Of a stretch of DNA of 38,739 bases, positions 34,946-38,739 are shown in pieces (the stretch's first letter is position 1; each line of letters begins with the position of its first letter). Location: the IMG/VR virus record IMGVR_UViG_3300029142_000012, positions 1 to 38,739 of that record, one strand, 5' to 3'. The DNA is from a virus (taxonomy: Duplodnaviria > Caudoviricetes). A program made the position numbers and the translations under genes. The notes below the pieces were generated by a model. The model was not told the DNA's origin and did no database searches. It saw only the letters and a program-made list of their open reading frames with translations.

Positions 34946-35637
34946 GCGATAACTCCTTTAAGTTGTTTGTCGAACGGTGCAGCTATGGCTTTCCGTTCGT
35001 TTGCGGTGACGACAGGTGCGGGAGGCGGCGTGTCGTTGGCTTCGCCGGAGGTGCTTGTGGCGGCGTCCGGGTCGGCGGGGAAAGTGATCGCCCTAGCAAG
35101 ATCCATGCGTAGGTTCTCGCAGGCTAAAACATTGCTGATTTCGGAACGTACCCCGACAGTGGTCTGCTCGTAGGCGGGGAAAACGACCGGGCCCAGTTCG
35201 TAAAGTTTGACTTCCCGGATAGTGCGGGAGGTTTGGTCGTCGTTCCATTCGTCGCGGGTGACAGCGAACTGGAAACTCATACCACGGATGGAACCATTCT
35301 CGATAGCCTCGCGGACGGGTTGGACCAGCCAGTTATCCGACAGGCGGGCTTTGACGAACAACCCGTTCTCGTCTTCGGTAACAGAACGGATCTGCCCGAG
35401 GGGAATGGAACCGATCATCGGGTGGGTGCCGTGGTCGAACTGAAGCACAGGGGTACGTTCGGAAAGAGTTTTCGTGAACGCACCACGGGCAATAGTTTCG
35501 TCGTATTCGCCTAACCGGTCGCGGATAGATGTCGGCGTGTCGAACACGGCGGCGTACCCTTCTAAGGTTAGGCCGTCGTCGGCGTCGGTCACGTTACGTA
35601 CTTCAAAGTCGAAAGACCGAGTAACTTTGTCACTCAT
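34942..35637 (-). CDS. HK97-family prohead protease
   Basis: LEGYAAVF, E.I.RGAF.KTL, FDH, GL.V.A.L, GMSFQF, LYELGPV.FPAY. Confidence 0.93.
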   Translation of the reverse strand: MSDKVTRSFDFEVRNVTDADDGLTLEGYAAVFDTPTSIRDRLGEYDETIARGAFTKTLSERTPVLQFDHGTHPMIGSIPLGQIRSVTEDENGLFVKARLSDNWLVQPVREAIENGSIRGMSFQFAVTRDEWNDDQTSRTIREVKLYELGPVVFPAYEQTTVGVRSEISNVLACENLRMDLARAITFPADPDAATSTSGEANDTPPPAPVVTANERKAIAAPFDKQLKGVIA

Positions 35638-36976
35638 CAGGAGTCTCCTGGGTAGGGGATTGAGCACCGGGAGGTTGCAGCTGAACGGAGAACAACCCGG
35701 TATGTTCCAACAAACTGAAATCGTCGTTGTCTACAGCGACCACAACCGAATCGGGGGTGTACCCGGCGCGGATAAACGATTCGACGGTCGCAGCACGCTT
35801 ATTCTGGATCTCCGCAGCGTCCTTCTCGTCTTCACGGAGGAACGCAATGTCACGTTCGTCGTACCAAAGTTCGGAATTGCGGGGAACGGTAACAATCGGT
35901 TCGTAAGCGGCACAAATAGAACGCCACAACGGTCTAAACAAACCGTCAGCGACCCTACGACGAGCAGCGGAATAGTTACCAGCGTTCAACGCTGAACCTT
36001 CCATACCTTCAGAGAATTGGGCCATGACAGCACCAACACCCGAAGCAGCAGCGATACGGGTTTCGCCGGCGCCTTGAACAGCTTTGAAGTCGAGTTGCTG
36101 GAAGTTAGAACCGACAACGGTAGCGTCCGCACCAGCACCCAAATGGAGGGTTTTGTAAGCGTTAGCTACCCCTTCGTGTTCCTCCCGGAACAGTGCAACC
36201 CACTGTTTGAAAGCGTCGATATTCGTCACCTGGTTTTTGATTATCAGGTTCGGAGTGGCGCCGTTCTCGAAAAACTTTTGTTTGTGGGAGGTTGCCTGCC
36301 GGTCGGAAAGAACTTCCCTGACAACAGGTGTCAGCCACGACATGCCCCGGTATACGGCGGTCGGGTCGGGTAGCAAACCAGGCCAGTGAACAACCTGTTC
36401 CACGGCGTAGGGGATCGGGTCGCGGGTGCGGTTACCGCCCGGATGGTACAAGTAGCCAACAACTTCCGACTCGGGGTCTTCTAAAGCGTCGACTTCGTCG
36501 TTGTCGTTACCCAACACAACAGTCACCCAGTCGGGACGCATCCGTTTGATCCGCCCGTCGACTTTCACAGCGAAATGGTTACCCGCCATGTCCACATCGA
36601 GCAGAGCAGCAGACAACAGGTCGCCGGTGGTTTTACCAGGAGAAGGACGGGAAAGAATGTTCAACGACGGAGTAGAGAAAAGTTCACCAGGCCGGCCCTT
36701 ATTCAAACGGCGGTAAGCGAACCGGGCTTCAGCGAACACGCTCAAACGGATAAGTTCCAAAGCTGAAACAACACCCGAATTCTTATAAGCGCCTTCGACC
36801 ATTCCAGCGAACCCCGCGCCCATGACTTCCTTGTCACCGGCGAGAGTTTGGATCGGGAACCCGAAATGCGGGTACCCGTTATGCGAAAACGGTCCAAAAA
36901 AATCGTCCCAAGGCAACAACCCGGAACGAGTATTGTCGGACGGTCGGCCCGTCAACGCGGCGAGAACATCAACCAC
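35630..36976 (-). CDS. Portal protein (HK97-like)
   Basis: GN.F, V.HW, RGMSW, FF.NGATP, NAYKT.HL.G; follows TerL. Confidence 0.92.
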   Translation of the reverse strand: MVDVLAALTGRPSDNTRSGLLPWDDFFGPFSHNGYPHFGFPIQTLAGDKEVMGAGFAGMVEGAYKNSGVVSALELIRLSVFAEARFAYRRLNKGRPGELFSTPSLNILSRPSPGKTTGDLLSAALLDVDMAGNHFAVKVDGRIKRMRPDWVTVVLGNDNDEVDALEDPESEVVGYLYHPGGNRTRDPIPYAVEQVVHWPGLLPDPTAVYRGMSWLTPVVREVLSDRQATSHKQKFFENGATPNLIIKNQVTNIDAFKQWVALFREEHEGVANAYKTLHLGAGADATVVGSNFQQLDFKAVQGAGETRIAAASGVGAVMAQFSEGMEGSALNAGNYSAARRRVADGLFRPLWRSICAAYEPIVTVPRNSELWYDERDIAFLREDEKDAAEIQNKRAATVESFIRAGYTPDSVVVAVDNDDFSLLEHTGLFSVQLQPPGAQSPTQETPDE

Positions 36977-37121
36977 TAGAACTCCTCAAGAATTGGATTC
37001 CCGCCAACAACACACACCCGCTCAACGTGAGAACACCAGCCCGCCAATCGAAGTAGGCGACAGCCGAAACAACAAACCCGACAGCGGCGATAACGAAAAG
37101 CAATCCGGCGAGTCGGATCAA
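36969..37121 (-). CDS. Small membrane protein (50 aa) between TerL and portal
   Basis: TTG start overlapping TerL stop; two hydrophobic helices. Confidence 0.55.
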   Translation of the reverse strand: MIRLAGLLFVIAAVGFVVSAVAYFDWRAGVLTLSGCVLLAGIQFLRSSSG

Positions 37122-38581
37122 CTCCATGCGAACGGCGGAACAACTTCGGTTTCTGTCACAGCATGCGTGTAGGCAAGAGAAGAAGCCATAAGTATTTCTC
37201 CTCCCGGAGCTTCACGATGCCACGCCCACGAATCAACAGTACTTTTGCGGGCGGCGTGTTTCACCGCGTCGTCTAAACGTTCGTCGGTACGGACCCGAAC
37301 CTTCTTATCAGCAATCCCATCAAAAAACCGGAGGCACGCTTTACGGACCTCTAACGAGTCCATGCGGACTACGTTGAACCCGGCCTTTTCTAAGTCGTCG
37401 CCGACAACGTTCAACGGTCCGTACTTGTCCACAAGAACCGGAGTCGACTGTTCGACTTTATCCGTGAAAGCGTCGAGAACCCAATTGATCCCTTCTCGGA
37501 CAGCCACAAGCTCGACGTTGCCGGACGAATCGGCTTTAGATACAGCCGCCCGCGACCGGTCAGGTCGAGCATCAATCGCATACACAGGGTTAATAGTCCG
37601 ATGATCGCGAGAACAAACAGCCTGCCACCATTCTCCCGGAATGACCCGCTCCTCGGTTTCGGTCCACTGGTTACCGAACGCACGACGGAAATCCCCCTCC
37701 GTCATATTCTCAGCTTCGTGCCGTAACAACCGTTCCGACTGAGTGATCCCAAACGCAGGCATATACCGAGCCCACACTTTCGGGTCGTAAACATCCTCAT
37801 CGTCGGGGATAGTCCACTCGAAATAAGCGATACCCTCAGTTTTGCCAGCACGGACAGCAGCCCGACCCAACTCCACTTTCCGTTTCAAATACACCGAAGC
37901 AGGAGTACCAGCAGTCGAAATGTTCCAGAATTGGGCTTGCGGTTTCGTAATCATCGCAGGACTCAAAGCCTGCTCACGGGAATCGTCCTTATCCGCCCAC
38001 GTCTCATCCAACACAGCCAAATCAACGGTTTTACCGTGACCAGCACCCTCACCCGAATTCAACACTTTCAACCGGGAATCGTTATGCCACCACATCCCAG
38101 TGTTGTCAGCAGCCTTGTAATACTGTTGGACTTTCTGATCGATCGACGAATTACGGATAATCGGCGCCTGGTCCTCAGTGAACTTCATCCGACCGTCCAC
38201 ACCAGTCTGAGCCGTGTAAACAACCGTCTGGTTCGGAGTCCACATCTTCTCGATCTCAACCGGCAACACCAAAGTCGTCTTCCCCGACTGCCGCATGATC
38301 GTCACAACCACCTCACGGTAAGCCGGAACCATCAACCCATCAGCATCCCCACCCAAAGCCTCAACCATTTCACGGGTCTGGTCATCCGCCGGCACCAATT
38401 CCTTACCCACATCAGCCACCAGCCGCTGCCAAGGCATCAAAGGCAACCCCAATTTCTCAGCAACCCACGCAACCCGATGCCCCTCAGAAGGACGCCCCGG
38501 AGTACGCAAAGTTTCGTAAACAGGATCAGCCGTCGAGCGCCGCAAACTCTTTCTCGAGGTCTTGAGCGAGGTCACTACCAC
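37118..38581 (-). CDS. terL: Terminase large subunit
   Basis: LMPWQ (Q motif), RQSGKTT (Walker A), LAVLDE (Walker B), STAG coupling motif, C-terminal nuclease AID. Confidence 0.95.
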   Translation of the reverse strand: MVVTSLKTSRKSLRRSTADPVYETLRTPGRPSEGHRVAWVAEKLGLPLMPWQRLVADVGKELVPADDQTREMVEALGGDADGLMVPAYREVVVTIMRQSGKTTLVLPVEIEKMWTPNQTVVYTAQTGVDGRMKFTEDQAPIIRNSSIDQKVQQYYKAADNTGMWWHNDSRLKVLNSGEGAGHGKTVDLAVLDETWADKDDSREQALSPAMITKPQAQFWNISTAGTPASVYLKRKVELGRAAVRAGKTEGIAYFEWTIPDDEDVYDPKVWARYMPAFGITQSERLLRHEAENMTEGDFRRAFGNQWTETEERVIPGEWWQAVCSRDHRTINPVYAIDARPDRSRAAVSKADSSGNVELVAVREGINWVLDAFTDKVEQSTPVLVDKYGPLNVVGDDLEKAGFNVVRMDSLEVRKACLRFFDGIADKKVRVRTDERLDDAVKHAARKSTVDSWAWHREAPGGEILMASSLAYTHAVTETEVVPPFAWS

Positions 38582-38720
38582 CAGCCGCCTCCCTCAAATC
38601 CCTAAACATAAACCGGAACTCACGCCAAACCGCCGAATCAGAAGAATCCTCATCCAACAACAAAGCCAAAGCCCGCACCGACTCCACCAAAGGCGCCAAA
38701 ACATCCGGGTAATCCCCCAA
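38526..38720 (-). CDS. terS: Terminase small subunit (5' truncated)
   Basis: Helical ORF overlapping TerL start; runs into primer sequence at contig end. Confidence 0.6.
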   Translation of the reverse strand: MGDYPDVLAPLVESVRALALLLDEDSSDSAVWREFRFMFRDLREAAGGSDLAQDLEKEFAALDG

Positions 38721-38722
38721 CG

Positions 38723-38739
38723 GATCGTGACTGGGAAAC
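38723..38739 (-). other. Library amplification primer (reverse complement), artefact
   Basis: GATCGTGACTGGGAAAC. Confidence 0.9.

Noticed and set aside
744-38605. Many long plus-strand ORFs (e.g. 744..1394, 6627..7310, 11956..12654, 26985..27722, 29875..30588, 37931..38605)
   Set aside because: Antisense shadows of well-supported minus-strand genes, with no motifs of their own
1-38739. 18-bp terminal inverted repeat suggesting a linear genome or transposon ends
   Set aside because: It matches the random-amplification primer GTTTCCCAGTCACGATC and truncates TerS, so it is a library artefact

Overview
Near-complete ~38.7 kb genome of a tailed siphovirus-like dsDNA phage with an HK97-type head, probably infecting an actinobacterium (Acidimicrobiia is an inference from an LPFTG sortase motif, moderately high GC and leaderless promoters). 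Almost all genes are on the minus strand. Read from the right end they run: TerS (partial), TerL, portal, prohead protease, major capsid; a free-standing HNH; a four-enzyme glycan cluster (two-domain GT2, CmcI-like O-methyltransferase, GT2, NAD-dependent sugar epimerase); a block of Ser/Thr-rich appendage proteins; adaptor and terminator; two paralogous tail-tube genes; a short tape measure and minor tail genes (one with a 5-bp duplication beside an inverted HNH); amidase and holins; a metallophosphoesterase; two plus-strand tRNA-Ser genes; secreted and sortase-anchored Thr-rich proteins; and an early region (HTH, ERF, NinG-like, replication initiator, ParB-like) of small overlapping genes whose junctions carry paired direct repeats, ending in a packaging HNH. 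No integrase, polymerase, helicase or primase is recognisable. The terminal 17-18 bp inverted repeat is a random-amplification primer, not biology. All product calls come from motifs and synteny read by eye; no searches were run.
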